Shown: one piece after another, positions 1-9,953 of the stretch | Position numbering within the stretch: position 1 is the first letter of the stretch | Layout: each line of letters starts with the position of its first letter | Source: Bacteroidales bacterium | Lineage (GTDB): Bacteria > Bacteroidota > Bacteroidia > Bacteroidales > UBA12077 | Direction: 5' to 3' | Assembly (NCBI GenBank): GCA_041686375.1 | Contig: JAWLEB010000007.1 | Coordinates: 4,302-68,301, forward strand | DNA length: 64,000 bases | Notes under the pieces: generated by a model | What the model was told of the DNA's origin: nothing | What the model saw: the letters and a program-made list of their open reading frames with translations, nothing else | Databases searched by the model: none | Position numbers and translations under genes: made by a program

Positions 1-26
1 AATAAATTTGAATTTGTAAACCAGAA

Positions 27-55
27 TTAATATTTGTTTAATATAGCCTTAAGAA
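27..55 (+). promoter_or_regulatory. Pho-box-like direct repeats (OmpR/PhoB-type binding site)
   Basis: TTAATAT at 27 and 38 and TTAAGAA at 49 give an 11-bp period, upstream of an OmpR-family regulator. Confidence 0.5.
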
Positions 56-123
56 ATAATTAGTAAACCTTGAATAAATAATTACGTAATTTGTTATATT
101 TATAAAATCATATATCCCGGACT

Positions 124-819
124 ATGGAAAAAGCTGCACATAAAATTTTACTTGTAGACGATGAACCCGATGTTCTTGAATTTATAGGATATAACCTAAA
201 GAAAGCTGGCTACGAAGTTTACACCACTCCCAATGGAAAAGAAGCTATAAAAAAAGCCAGGGAAATTATTCCCCATTTGATATTGCTGGATGTTATGATG
301 CCTGAGATGGATGGGATAGAGACTTGTGAAGAGTTACGAAAATATCCAGACATGCAGGATACCATTATTGCTTTCTTAACAGCCAGGGGAGAAGATTACT
401 CACAAATTGCCGGTTTTGAAGCAGGTGGAGATGATTATATCACCAAACCTGTAAAGCCGAGAGTGTTAATAAGCAGGATAAAAGCATTATTGAAACGCTA
501 TAAAAATAAATCGGCAAGTGAAAAAGATAAATCTGCGATTATTCGGGAAAAAGATATAACGATTGATAAGGAAAAATATATTGTAACAAAGGGCAGAGAA
601 GAATTGGTGCTGCCGAAAAAAGAGTTTGAATTATTGGTTTTGCTTATCTCAAAGCCTGACAAAGTGTTTACGCGAGATGAAATTTTTTATTCTGTCTGGG
701 GAGATAATGTAGTTGTAGGTGATCGGACAATAGATGTGCATATACGAAAATTAAGGGAAAAAATTGGGGGAGAACATATAAAAACAATCAAAGGAGTTGG
801 ATATAAGTATGTTGAGTGA
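124..819 (+). CDS. OmpR/PhoB-family DNA-binding response regulator (PhoB/PhoP-like)
   Basis: REC domain (LLVDDE, LLDVMMP, KP) plus winged helix (RTIDVHIRKLREK, IKGVGY); lies next to a phosphate transporter. Confidence 0.92.
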   Translation: MEKAAHKILLVDDEPDVLEFIGYNLKKAGYEVYTTPNGKEAIKKAREIIPHLILLDVMMPEMDGIETCEELRKYPDMQDTIIAFLTARGEDYSQIAGFEAGGDDYITKPVKPRVLISRIKALLKRYKNKSASEKDKSAIIREKDITIDKEKYIVTKGREELVLPKKEFELLVLLISKPDKVFTRDEIFYSVWGDNVVVGDRTIDVHIRKLREKIGGEHIKTIKGVGYKYVE

Positions 820-843
820 AAAAACGATTTATAATCAATACAT

Positions 844-884
844 AAAAAACCGGTCTATTAGTGTAACATCAAGACCGGTTTTTT
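844..884. terminator. Bidirectional intrinsic terminator
   Basis: Inverted repeat AAAAAACCGGTCT-N15-AGACCGGTTTTTT between convergent genes. Confidence 0.85.
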
Positions 885-896
885 GTATTTTAAATT

Positions 897-3167
897 TTAT
901 GAAGATTTGTCAATAATATCCTGGTTGAGAATGAAATCCCTTTGTGCCTTCAATAGGTTAACTGTATGAAGAGTAAAGTTTTTCATCTCATTAAGGAGTT
1001 GCAAATAAAGAATACTGTTTTTAGTACCTGTAATTTTTTTCTTAATTCGTTTGATTTGAGCTTTTCTGCTTTCGTCTATAGTGTATAATAATTGTTGTTG
1101 CTGATCAAATACCAATTCCTTAATTTCATCAAAGCTGTTGTTTTCAATAATGTGTATTGTATTGGTAAACAGCAAGGTCATTTCTTTTTTGATCTGCATT
1201 AACTCGTCAATTTGTTCTTTTGAAAGCCCTTTATGCTGGTTAGCTACGTGGTCATAGCTAGGTCCTGCAATAAAGGATAGTGCATGAGCCATTTCTCTCA
1301 AATAATCCGTAACCTGAACATAATAATGTCCCGTTTCAATTTCATCTTCTTCCAATTTGTTCAGTGTATGATGCACATTATTTTTAATTGCTTTGGCATC
1401 ATAATTTAAATTTTCAACCTTTTTATTAATATCTTTTAATCGCTTATGGTCTTCTTCAGAAACACCTATAATCGTCTCATTAAATATTTTAATTACAATA
1501 TCCAGCATATGATTAATCTCATTACTGCACTTATTCATTATATTGTCATCTTTGACATCGCCTGCTGCAATCTCTTCAAGCTCCTTCTCTTTAGTTTCCC
1601 GCTTTTTATGGATAGTATGAGTTCTTATCACAAAAGTAGCAGCAAGCAACAGCATGATAATAATTCCAATTATACCGCCATGTGTAATAATATTAGCTAC
1701 TACAAAGGCTGCTGTAAATGCTATTAATGCTGTAAGAAACCAGCCTCCTATAACTGTAAAGACTCCGGTAATTCGGTATACGGCACTTTCTCTTCCCCAG
1801 GCTCTATCAGACAGGGAAGTTCCCATTGCCACCATGAATGTAACATAAGTTGTTGATAAGGGTAATTTCAATGATGTCGCAAATGAAATAAGTATACTAG
1901 CTACAGTTAGATTTACAGAGGCACGTACAAGATCGAAGTATGCTTTATCATTTTTAGTTGCTTTTGGTTCATTTTCAGAGAGGTGTGGTTGAAATCTTTT
2001 CTTGACTTTGTTGCGGATCTGCCTGGGAATAAATTTATTGATGGTTTCATTTATTTCCAGTGCATGTCTGACAATTACTCTTGCAAAGCCAGTTGCTCCG
2101 AAACGCTCATAACCTTCACCCTGGCGGCTGAGGTTGATTTCTGTTCTTGTAACAGAACGTGCTTTTCTTGAAAAATAAAGTGTAATTACCATGATAACTC
2201 CAGCTGTTAGGAGTAAGTATGTATTTGTTTTTACACTTCCAGTCAGCCCTTCCATTAGAAGGTTATCCGGTGAAGCGCCTGGTGTGGATGCAAAGTCCTG
2301 GTATGATTTTAAACCTGCAACCGGAACACCAATAAAGTTCACCAGGTCGTTACCTGCAAAAGCCATGGCAAGGGCAAAAGTTCCCACCAATACGATTCCT
2401 CTGAATACATTGATCTTAAAGGCCATGTATAATAATTGCAAAATAACTGTCCAGCCTATAAAACTCGCTAATAATATTAATTGAGTATTTTCTTTTATCC
2501 ACTCCAGGTTGCTTTCAGTAATTAATGCAGAACCCTTTGCACCTTTTATGACGATAAAATATGTTATAGCAGTGATGGCAACACCACCCCATACAGAGCC
2601 AAAATATTTAAGGTATTTTGTGTAGTTATATGAGAAGACAATTCGCACTAAATATTGTACGATAGAACCCACAATAAAGGCAATGATCACAGATAATAAT
2701 ATTCCAGAAATAATTCCCAGAGCACTGGCAGAATTGATGTACTCGCCAAGGGTGCCGGCTGTTTCCATATCAGAACCTAATTTGATCAGGGAGACGGCTA
2801 CTGCGGAACCCAATAATTCAAATACAATAGATACTGTTGTAGAGGTTGGAAGGGCAAGTGTGTTAAATAAATCCAGCAAAAGAATGTCTGTAAGCATTAC
2901 TGCCAGAAATATCATCATAATCTCGGAAAAGTAAAATTGTTCCGGATGGAATATACCTTTCCTCGCCACTTCCATCATTCCACTGGAGAATGTAGTACCT
3001 ATAATTATACCTACACTGGCTATAATCATTATAATATAACGCGGAGCTGCATTCGATCCGATGGCAGAATTTAGAAAGTTTACCGCATCATTACTTACAC
3101 CCACAATGAGGTCTGAAACAGCAAGGGCGAAAAGGACTACAATGATTATTAAATAAATGTTTTCCAT
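897..3167 (-). CDS. Inorganic phosphate transporter (PiT/PHO4 family) with C-terminal PhoU-like helical domain
   Basis: Two PiT signatures (GVSNDAVNF, AGNDLVNF), PTSTT/PLSTT motifs, many TM helices and a ~230-aa soluble helical C-terminus. Confidence 0.88.
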   Translation of the reverse strand: MENIYLIIIVVLFALAVSDLIVGVSNDAVNFLNSAIGSNAAPRYIIMIIASVGIIIGTTFSSGMMEVARKGIFHPEQFYFSEIMMIFLAVMLTDILLLDLFNTLALPTSTTVSIVFELLGSAVAVSLIKLGSDMETAGTLGEYINSASALGIISGILLSVIIAFIVGSIVQYLVRIVFSYNYTKYLKYFGSVWGGVAITAITYFIVIKGAKGSALITESNLEWIKENTQLILLASFIGWTVILQLLYMAFKINVFRGIVLVGTFALAMAFAGNDLVNFIGVPVAGLKSYQDFASTPGASPDNLLMEGLTGSVKTNTYLLLTAGVIMVITLYFSRKARSVTRTEINLSRQGEGYERFGATGFARVIVRHALEINETINKFIPRQIRNKVKKRFQPHLSENEPKATKNDKAYFDLVRASVNLTVASILISFATSLKLPLSTTYVTFMVAMGTSLSDRAWGRESAVYRITGVFTVIGGWFLTALIAFTAAFVVANIITHGGIIGIIIMLLLAATFVIRTHTIHKKRETKEKELEEIAAGDVKDDNIMNKCSNEINHMLDIVIKIFNETIIGVSEEDHKRLKDINKKVENLNYDAKAIKNNVHHTLNKLEEDEIETGHYYVQVTDYLREMAHALSFIAGPSYDHVANQHKGLSKEQIDELMQIKKEMTLLFTNTIHIIENNSFDEIKELVFDQQQQLLYTIDESRKAQIKRIKKKITGTKNSILYLQLLNEMKNFTLHTVNLLKAQRDFILNQDIIDKSS

Positions 3168-3231
3168 GGATATATTTTTTTTAATGGTATGTAAAAATAG
3201 ATACTATAACCATAATGACGATGAAATATAA

Positions 3232-3248
3232 TGTTAATTTTTTGTTAA
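3232..3248 (-). promoter_or_regulatory. Pho-box-like direct repeat upstream of the phosphate transporter
   Basis: TTAACA-N5-TTAACA on the minus strand, 65-81 bp upstream of the start codon. Confidence 0.55.
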
Positions 3249-3448
3249 ATATAGAAGCATTGCTGGATTGAGTATATAAAAATCTATTTGTCAGTATTTT
3301 GGACTGTATAATTGGTTTTTAATTTATGAAATACTTATTTACGTCATTCAAATTAAAAAAATATTCATTGTTTAGTAAGATATAAAGTGGGATTTTAATA
3401 TCTTTGGGACATTATTCATTAATATATACCCTATTGCTGGATAATTAT

Positions 3449-3967
3449 ATGCCTATGAATTCGGATAAGAATATTATTAACTACCATGGTCACATAAACC
3501 GTAAAGTAGTTGATAATATTTTATATGAACTTAAGGCGAAACTCAAATTTATGGGTATTGAGCTTTTGAAAAGAAAGCGTGTTTATTCAGCTTCCGTTGA
3601 ATGCCTTGATAATATATACAAACATGCTGAAATCAATAGCAAACAGAATAATACTGAAGAAAAATATTTACCCCGATTTATCGTAAGAAGTGCTGAAGGC
3701 GTTTATTCCATTGAAACAGGCAATTTGGTTTCAATGGAAGAGGCAGAATTCTTGAAAAATAAGGTAGATGAATTAAATAGCCTTGAACTGGCTGATGTTA
3801 ATGATTTGTACAAAAAAACGATGTTGAAAAGCGCTGGGTTAAGTGATAAAGGGGGAGCAGGATTAGGTCTTATTGTAATTGCCAAAACTACTAGTTACCC
3901 GTTATCTTACGATTTGATACCAGTGAATCAAAGACATATGTATTTTACTTTAACTGTTAAAATCTAA
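3449..3967 (+). CDS. SiaB-family protein kinase (DUF6272, GHKL fold), copy 1
   Basis: N-box VECLDNIYKH, TGN and KGGAGLGL motifs; followed by a SiaC-like gene. ATG at 3449 (or 3455) preferred over TTG at 3404. Confidence 0.82.
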   Translation: MPMNSDKNIINYHGHINRKVVDNILYELKAKLKFMGIELLKRKRVYSASVECLDNIYKHAEINSKQNNTEEKYLPRFIVRSAEGVYSIETGNLVSMEEAEFLKNKVDELNSLELADVNDLYKKTMLKSAGLSDKGGAGLGLIVIAKTTSYPLSYDLIPVNQRHMYFTLTVKI

Positions 3968-3982
3968 TAACGATATAAACAC

Positions 3983-4393
3983 ATGAAAGTACTTAAAATA
4001 CCATCAACGGATAAATCACCACGCGTTTTATTCGACCCGGAAAACAGAATTTTTGAAATAGAAGGCAATTCAAGGCCAGAAAATGTACGTGAATTTTATC
4101 AGCCAATTATTGAAACCTTAAAAAAATTTTTCACACAAATTTTGGATGACGATACAATAGATGATTATTCGGATAGTCCTTTAAAATTTATTTATAAACT
4201 TGATTATTTTAATTCCTCATCAGCAAAGTTTATTTCAGATATCTTTTTTCTTGTTGGTAATTATTCTAAGAAGGGTATACCTGTTAAGATTTATTGGTAT
4301 TTTGATGAGGGTGATGAGGATATGATGGAAGTGGGAGAGGATTTTTCGAATATGATTGATGTCCCCTTTCAGATGATTATGATTAGTCAATAA
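3983..4393 (+). CDS. SiaC-family regulatory phosphoprotein (DUF1987), copy 1
   Basis: KSPRVLFD, GNSRPEN, FYQP, YFNSSSAK and WYFDEGDEDMMEVGEDF motifs. Confidence 0.88.
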   Translation: MKVLKIPSTDKSPRVLFDPENRIFEIEGNSRPENVREFYQPIIETLKKFFTQILDDDTIDDYSDSPLKFIYKLDYFNSSSAKFISDIFFLVGNYSKKGIPVKIYWYFDEGDEDMMEVGEDFSNMIDVPFQMIMISQ

Positions 4394-4484
4394 AAAGACT
4401 GTCCCAATTTTTCTGTAAATATATTTTTTGAATATATCATTTTAAAATACATTCTGGAGTGCCCGCCTTGTTATATGGCCCCTT

Positions 4485-5087
4485 CTATCCTAATTTTACA
4501 AATTGGGCTCCGGCAGCTTTCATTTCTTGAATAGCCTTATCTACAGAGCCATCTATATCAATTCCTTTGATTGCATTTTCAATCACATTAACATTGAAAC
4601 CTTCTTTACATCCATCAATAACAGACCATTTTACACAGAAATCTGTAGCCAGTCCACCAACATATAGAGAATCGATGTCTCTGTCTTTAAGGTACCCGGT
4701 AAGACCTGTTTTTGTTTTAAAATCATTTTCGTAAAATGCTGAATAAGAATCCATATGTTGTCTAAATCCTTTGCGTATGATTGCCTGTGTTTTTGTTGTA
4801 TTCAATTCCGTGTGGAAAGCAGCTCCCTTGGTATTCTGTACACAGTGGTCCGGCCAAAGGACTTGCTCTCCATAAGCAAGCTCAGTTGTTTGGAATGGTT
4901 GTTTGTCATCATAGCTTGAAGCAAATGAATAATGGCCTTTAGGATGCCAGTCTTGTGTCTGTATTATAATGTCATACTCATTGATAAGTTTATTTAATAC
5001 TGGAATTACTTTATCTCCTTTAGGAACTTCCAATGCTCCCCCAGGACAAAAATCGTTTTGTACATCGACTATCAAAAGCGCTTTCAT
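4485..5087 (-). CDS. pncA: Nicotinamidase/pyrazinamidase
   Basis: DVQNDF, QDWHP, WPDHCVQ and GLATDFCV motifs. Confidence 0.95.
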   Translation of the reverse strand: MKALLIVDVQNDFCPGGALEVPKGDKVIPVLNKLINEYDIIIQTQDWHPKGHYSFASSYDDKQPFQTTELAYGEQVLWPDHCVQNTKGAAFHTELNTTKTQAIIRKGFRQHMDSYSAFYENDFKTKTGLTGYLKDRDIDSLYVGGLATDFCVKWSVIDGCKEGFNVNVIENAIKGIDIDGSVDKAIQEMKAAGAQFVKLG

Positions 5088-5089
5088 AG

Positions 5090-6517
5090 TTACCTCCTTA
5101 CGGGATTTTTATTTTGCATTTGATATACTAGGTTATTTCTTAAATCATTAAGTTTCTTAGAAAGACCTACCTTGTAGATATGCGGTTTTTCGAACCTTTG
5201 ATGTTCTTCAGGTAGTTTTGCCAGTCTTTCATCTCTATATTTTTTTATCTCTTCTATACTTTTTGAAAAAGTTGTAATTTCACCCTTATCTAGTGCTGTT
5301 TCTAATAATGACTCATATTTCAAGCCTTCCAGATTACATTTTTTACCTTTCTCATAAGGGTGGTGCATTTCCTTTATTATATTTTCTCCTTCCAAAACAA
5401 TACAGTCGGCATAAAAATATCCATGATCATCGTAGAACCTGAAAATATCCTTTTTCCCAGGGATCGTTATTTTCTCAAATGTATCTGAGAGTTTTAATTT
5501 TGGGATTTCATTCATCATTGCCAATTTATATACACCGTCAAGCGCTGCATTACTTTTACCTGTAACTAGTTCTGTTCCAACGCCAAATCCATCAATCGGT
5601 GCGCCCTGAAACAACAAGCTGCGTATGATATATTCATTTAATTGATTAGATGCCAATATTTTTGTACTTTCTAATCCAGCTTCATCCAGCATTTTTCTTG
5701 CTTTTTTACTTAAATAAGCCAGATCGCCACTATCTAGTCTAATGGCTTTAAGATCATGTCCTTTTTCTTTGAGTTCTTTTGCTACTTTAATAGCATTGGG
5801 AACGCCACTGCGTAATGTGTCATAAGTATCTACCAGAAGAATGGTTTTAGAAGGATAGGTTTCTGCATATTTCCTAAAAGCGGTTAATTCATCATTAAAA
5901 CTTTGAATCCATGAGTGTGCTTGTGTACCACTCACGTCAAGATCATAAAGATATCCGGCCAGAACATTGGATGTAGAATCTATCCCTCCTATAACTGCTG
6001 CCCGGCTGGCTTGTAATCCCCCAAGACCTTGCGCCCTACGTAGCCCAAAATCGCTTACAATCCGGTTTTCTGCTACTTTTCTTATCCTTGAGGCTTTCGT
6101 TGCAATCAAGGATTCAAAATTCAGATAATTCAGGATAATGGTTTCAAGTATCTGACATTCTATTATGTTACCCTCTACTCTTAAAATGGGTGTTATGGGG
6201 AAAACAACTTCCCCTTCCCTTACACTTTTTATGGTACCCCTGAAACTGAATTTTTTGAGATACTCCAGAAAATCTGGGTTAAATCCGTTTTGTCTCAGAT
6301 AGTCAATAGCCTCATTTGAGTATTTAAAATTTTTTAAAGATCCAATCAGGTCTTCTAGTCCTGCAAAAATTACATATCCACAGTCAAACGGATTTTTGCG
6401 AAAATTATAATCAAACACCACTTGTTTTTCTTGCATCCCCTCCATAAAATATCCCTGGGCCATTGTGAGCTCATAGAAATCAGTATAAAGTCCGTTATGA
6501 TTATTTAAAATATCCAT
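5090..6517 (-). CDS. pncB: Nicotinate phosphoribosyltransferase
   Basis: TDFYELTM, DFGLRRAQG, GTQAHSW, LVDTYDT and RLDSGDL motifs. Confidence 0.95.
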   Translation of the reverse strand: MDILNNHNGLYTDFYELTMAQGYFMEGMQEKQVVFDYNFRKNPFDCGYVIFAGLEDLIGSLKNFKYSNEAIDYLRQNGFNPDFLEYLKKFSFRGTIKSVREGEVVFPITPILRVEGNIIECQILETIILNYLNFESLIATKASRIRKVAENRIVSDFGLRRAQGLGGLQASRAAVIGGIDSTSNVLAGYLYDLDVSGTQAHSWIQSFNDELTAFRKYAETYPSKTILLVDTYDTLRSGVPNAIKVAKELKEKGHDLKAIRLDSGDLAYLSKKARKMLDEAGLESTKILASNQLNEYIIRSLLFQGAPIDGFGVGTELVTGKSNAALDGVYKLAMMNEIPKLKLSDTFEKITIPGKKDIFRFYDDHGYFYADCIVLEGENIIKEMHHPYEKGKKCNLEGLKYESLLETALDKGEITTFSKSIEEIKKYRDERLAKLPEEHQRFEKPHIYKVGLSKKLNDLRNNLVYQMQNKNPVRR

Positions 6518-6590
6518 AGAACCATGTTTTTAATTAATACATTGAGAATTTTTTATTGTTCAATCGAATATAATCAAAAACCTTAACATA

Positions 6591-6623
6591 AAAAAAGCCT
6601 GAATTTTGAAATTCAGGCTTTTT
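6591..6623 (-). terminator. Intrinsic terminator downstream of the S41 peptidase
   Basis: AAAAAGCCTGAATT/AATTCAGGCTTTTT inverted repeat with flanking A/T tracts. Confidence 0.8.
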
Positions 6624-6643
6624 AAGGAAGTTTTTAGAATTTT

Positions 6644-9600
6644 TTATTCTTCAATTTGATCTAATAGTTCGTCCACTGCCTTCTTAAGTTGTTCATCCCT
6701 GTCATTAGCTTTGCTGTCAGGTTTATTATCAATCAGAATATCTGGTACTGCAGGTCCGTTCTCCATGTTTTCTTTGGTCTCTTTTACATACCATGCTCTG
6801 TAAGGCAAGCGTACATATGAATCATCTATTAATCCTCTTCCGCCTGTAGAGATAACAGCTCCGAATGTTGGTGTTCCTACCAGCGTACCAACATCGAGGG
6901 TTTTATAAGCATGAGAGAAAATTTCAGCGTTGGAATAACTGTTTTGATTGCATAATGCAATACTCGGCTTAGTCCATGCAGTTAATGGTAAACGGTCTGA
7001 AAATGGATAATACTCAGAGAATTTTTCGTGATTTTCCTCCAGGTTATCAGTTGCGCCTCTCGGAATAGTATATGAATGTTGTTTTACATTTAATACTGTC
7101 ATAAGGTAATCGGTAGTCCATCCGCCTCCGTTGAACCTCACATCTATCACTATTCCTTCTTTTCCCTTTCCATTGGCAGTTAATTCACGTTCAAAACGCT
7201 CAAAGCTTGGCCAATTCATTCCCTGTATGTGAATATATCCCAGTTTACCATCACTATATTTTTCTGTCAGTCGTTTTCTTTCTTCAACCCATTCATCATA
7301 TTTTTCTCTTCGCAAGCTATTAGTTGGCCTGATGGTAATTTCTCGGGAATTTCCATCATCGTCTCTCACTTTTATATATACTTCCTTTTTTCGTTTGTTG
7401 GTGAGATGTGCATATATGTTGCTGTTTTCTTCTATCCTCTCACCGTCAATATTTGTAATTATTTCTCCTTCTTTGATTTTGCTGGCTGACCTGTCTGCAG
7501 GAGAATTTGGGATTACGTGAGTTACCAGGGCTCCATTGGGATGGGGTTCTACTTCCACACCAAGATAACCTGTTCGTTCTTGTTCGGTATCTTCCATATT
7601 TCTTCCAGACAGACCCATATGACTTGCATTAAGTTGTCCCAGCATCACATTAAACATATCTCTAAAATCTTTCTTTGTTGATGCAGAAAGAGCGTATGGT
7701 TTAAATTTCTTTTTAAGGGCTGTCCAATCGTTTTCATGGAAGTCGGGATCATAAAATCCTTTTTCCAGAATGGACCATGCTTCTTCAAAAATTTGTTCAA
7801 GTTCTTCTTTATAACGAATTTTCATCTCTGCCTTTACTGAAACAGGTTTGAGTTTTCCATTGCTTTTTGTATCCATTTTGGCAAGTGCCCTTCCCTTTTT
7901 TATCATGTAGATTTTATTGTTATTATGATCTACTTTGACAGCATTTGGCTTTTGGTCATTCTCTGTTAATCTTTGCATATTCTTGCCATCCCAGTTTATA
8001 CTGTAAAGGTCCTCATCGGCCTGGTAATTTCTTCTGCCACCACTGTTGGCCACAAAATAGAAAGTTTTACCATCTTTGGAAATTGCTATGTCTGATTCAT
8101 TCCCTGGCAAACCTGTTACCTGGCGTAATCTTTCGTGTATATTTTCCGTATCTATCTCGACAGTGACATCATCTTCTTTCTCCTTTTCTTCATCTTCCTC
8201 TTCTTCAAGCTCTTCCCATTCATTTGGAGTTCTCTCCCAATCTTCTTTTTTCAGCCAGGCAAACCATAAATCAGCATCTCCATTATTACGTTGGGAAATG
8301 AAGCCTAATTTTTTTCCATCAGGACTCCAATAGGGATCAAAGTCTCTTTTGGGATGCATACTTACGTTGACGGGCTCCTGATTATCGTCTGCAGCATGGA
8401 TGTATATTTCAGAATTAAAATTTAAGTCCTGTAATGAATACGCTAACCACTTACTGTCGGGGCTCCATGCCACACCAGAAGGCATTGCCCAGCCATCTCT
8501 TAAAATGTTTTCATTGTTAAGTTCTTCGGATTCGGGATCAATATCAGCAACAATAAATTTGTTATCGTCCCGGATAAAGGATATCTTATTACCATCAGGA
8601 CTAACATTGAGGGATCTTTCCCCTACCTCTGTTTGTGTCAGCCTGATTTTATTGAATTTAAGAGCTTTATATAAATCTCCGGTTCTTTCATCTTTCGATT
8701 TGAGGAGATAGATTTCTTTTTGTCCCTCTCTGTCGGAAATAAATACCAATGATGAATCGTTTACCCAGTCAATATCATGATCACGATAGGGGTGATCTGT
8801 TAAACGAACCGTTTTATTTCTTTCACTTTCATTGTTAATGAGGAATATCTCACCACGGATGACAAAAGCTGTATATTTTCCACTTGGTGAAATCTCATAT
8901 TCACTAATATCTTTACTATACGTTTTGTATTGTACAGGCGCATGACGATCATCTTTTGTAAGATTTAGACTCAAAGGGGTCGCTTCTTGCTGTTCTTCTT
9001 TTTTAACATAAATATTGGTGTCCTTTTCATAGGTGATAACGCTTCCATCATCATTAACGTCAAAGTGTCTTATTCCGTCCTCTGTATGATTTGTGATTTC
9101 TTCTATCTCTCCCTTTTTCTTTCCATCATTGTCCAGATCAACTTTGTGTATATTGTATTTTCCAGATCTTGAACTGATGAAATAGATGGAATTAGAGCCT
9201 GCCCATTTGGGTTTAAAATCATTACCTTCAAATTCTGTTATCTGATGGTATTCATCATTTTCCTTGTCATAAATCCAAATATCTCTGTTGGCTGGTCCCT
9301 TATAATCCTCCCGATCCGTTTTACATGAGCCTCTTACAAAAGCAATAAAACGCTTGTTTGGTGAGAGAACTGGTGAATATCCTACGGCATCCATAACCCT
9401 TCTTGGAGTTTCGCCTTGCATTGAAACCTGGTAAATCTCTTTTTCTCTTTCTACCTGAACGAAGGCCCGTTCTGTAGTGAATAAAACTTTATTGTCTGAT
9501 ATCCAGTCGCTTGCAACATCGCTGGTGGAGTGGTGTGTCAATCTCTTCGGACTTCCACCAGTTGACTCCATAACAAATACGTCATTATGGCCATATCGAT

Positions 9601-9859
9601 TGCTGGAAAAAGCGATTTGTTCATCGTCCGGGCTCCATACTGGTGTATGTTCATAGGCCTCATTGACGGTTATTCTGTTTGCATTTGAATTATCCTCCAA
9701 AGATTTCACCCAAATATCACCTTGATAACTAAAGGCAATTTTGCTTCCATCTTTGTTCAGTGCAGGATATCTAAGAAACTGGTCGTTTTCATCTGCATGA
9801 ATATTACTAAATCCAATGCTTATGTATAAAAACGGTATTATCCATAAAAATTTTTTCAT
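6644..9859 (-). CDS. Tricorn-like S41 family peptidase (signal peptide, PD40 beta-propellers, PDZ, S41 domain)
   Basis: Repeated WSPDG/SPDG motifs, PDZ region (PNSPA), DVRFNGGG and catalytic SYSNAEIF. Confidence 0.92.
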   Translation of the reverse strand: MKKFLWIIPFLYISIGFSNIHADENDQFLRYPALNKDGSKIAFSYQGDIWVKSLEDNSNANRITVNEAYEHTPVWSPDDEQIAFSSNRYGHNDVFVMESTGGSPKRLTHHSTSDVASDWISDNKVLFTTERAFVQVEREKEIYQVSMQGETPRRVMDAVGYSPVLSPNKRFIAFVRGSCKTDREDYKGPANRDIWIYDKENDEYHQITEFEGNDFKPKWAGSNSIYFISSRSGKYNIHKVDLDNDGKKKGEIEEITNHTEDGIRHFDVNDDGSVITYEKDTNIYVKKEEQQEATPLSLNLTKDDRHAPVQYKTYSKDISEYEISPSGKYTAFVIRGEIFLINNESERNKTVRLTDHPYRDHDIDWVNDSSLVFISDREGQKEIYLLKSKDERTGDLYKALKFNKIRLTQTEVGERSLNVSPDGNKISFIRDDNKFIVADIDPESEELNNENILRDGWAMPSGVAWSPDSKWLAYSLQDLNFNSEIYIHAADDNQEPVNVSMHPKRDFDPYWSPDGKKLGFISQRNNGDADLWFAWLKKEDWERTPNEWEELEEEEDEEKEKEDDVTVEIDTENIHERLRQVTGLPGNESDIAISKDGKTFYFVANSGGRRNYQADEDLYSINWDGKNMQRLTENDQKPNAVKVDHNNNKIYMIKKGRALAKMDTKSNGKLKPVSVKAEMKIRYKEELEQIFEEAWSILEKGFYDPDFHENDWTALKKKFKPYALSASTKKDFRDMFNVMLGQLNASHMGLSGRNMEDTEQERTGYLGVEVEPHPNGALVTHVIPNSPADRSASKIKEGEIITNIDGERIEENSNIYAHLTNKRKKEVYIKVRDDDGNSREITIRPTNSLRREKYDEWVEERKRLTEKYSDGKLGYIHIQGMNWPSFERFERELTANGKGKEGIVIDVRFNGGGWTTDYLMTVLNVKQHSYTIPRGATDNLEENHEKFSEYYPFSDRLPLTAWTKPSIALCNQNSYSNAEIFSHAYKTLDVGTLVGTPTFGAVISTGGRGLIDDSYVRLPYRAWYVKETKENMENGPAVPDILIDNKPDSKANDRDEQLKKAVDELLDQIEE

Positions 9860-9953
9860 AGAAGAATGATTTAGAGGTTTTACAAATTAGATTCTACTGG
9901 TCTTTTGATTAATAATTACACTTAATGGTTTAATTAATATAAGAATTTGAAAT

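Noticed and set aside
8170-8225. TCTTC-rich low-complexity tract
   Set aside because: It encodes the acidic linker (EELEEEEDEEKEKEDD) of the S41 peptidase and is not a DNA repeat element.
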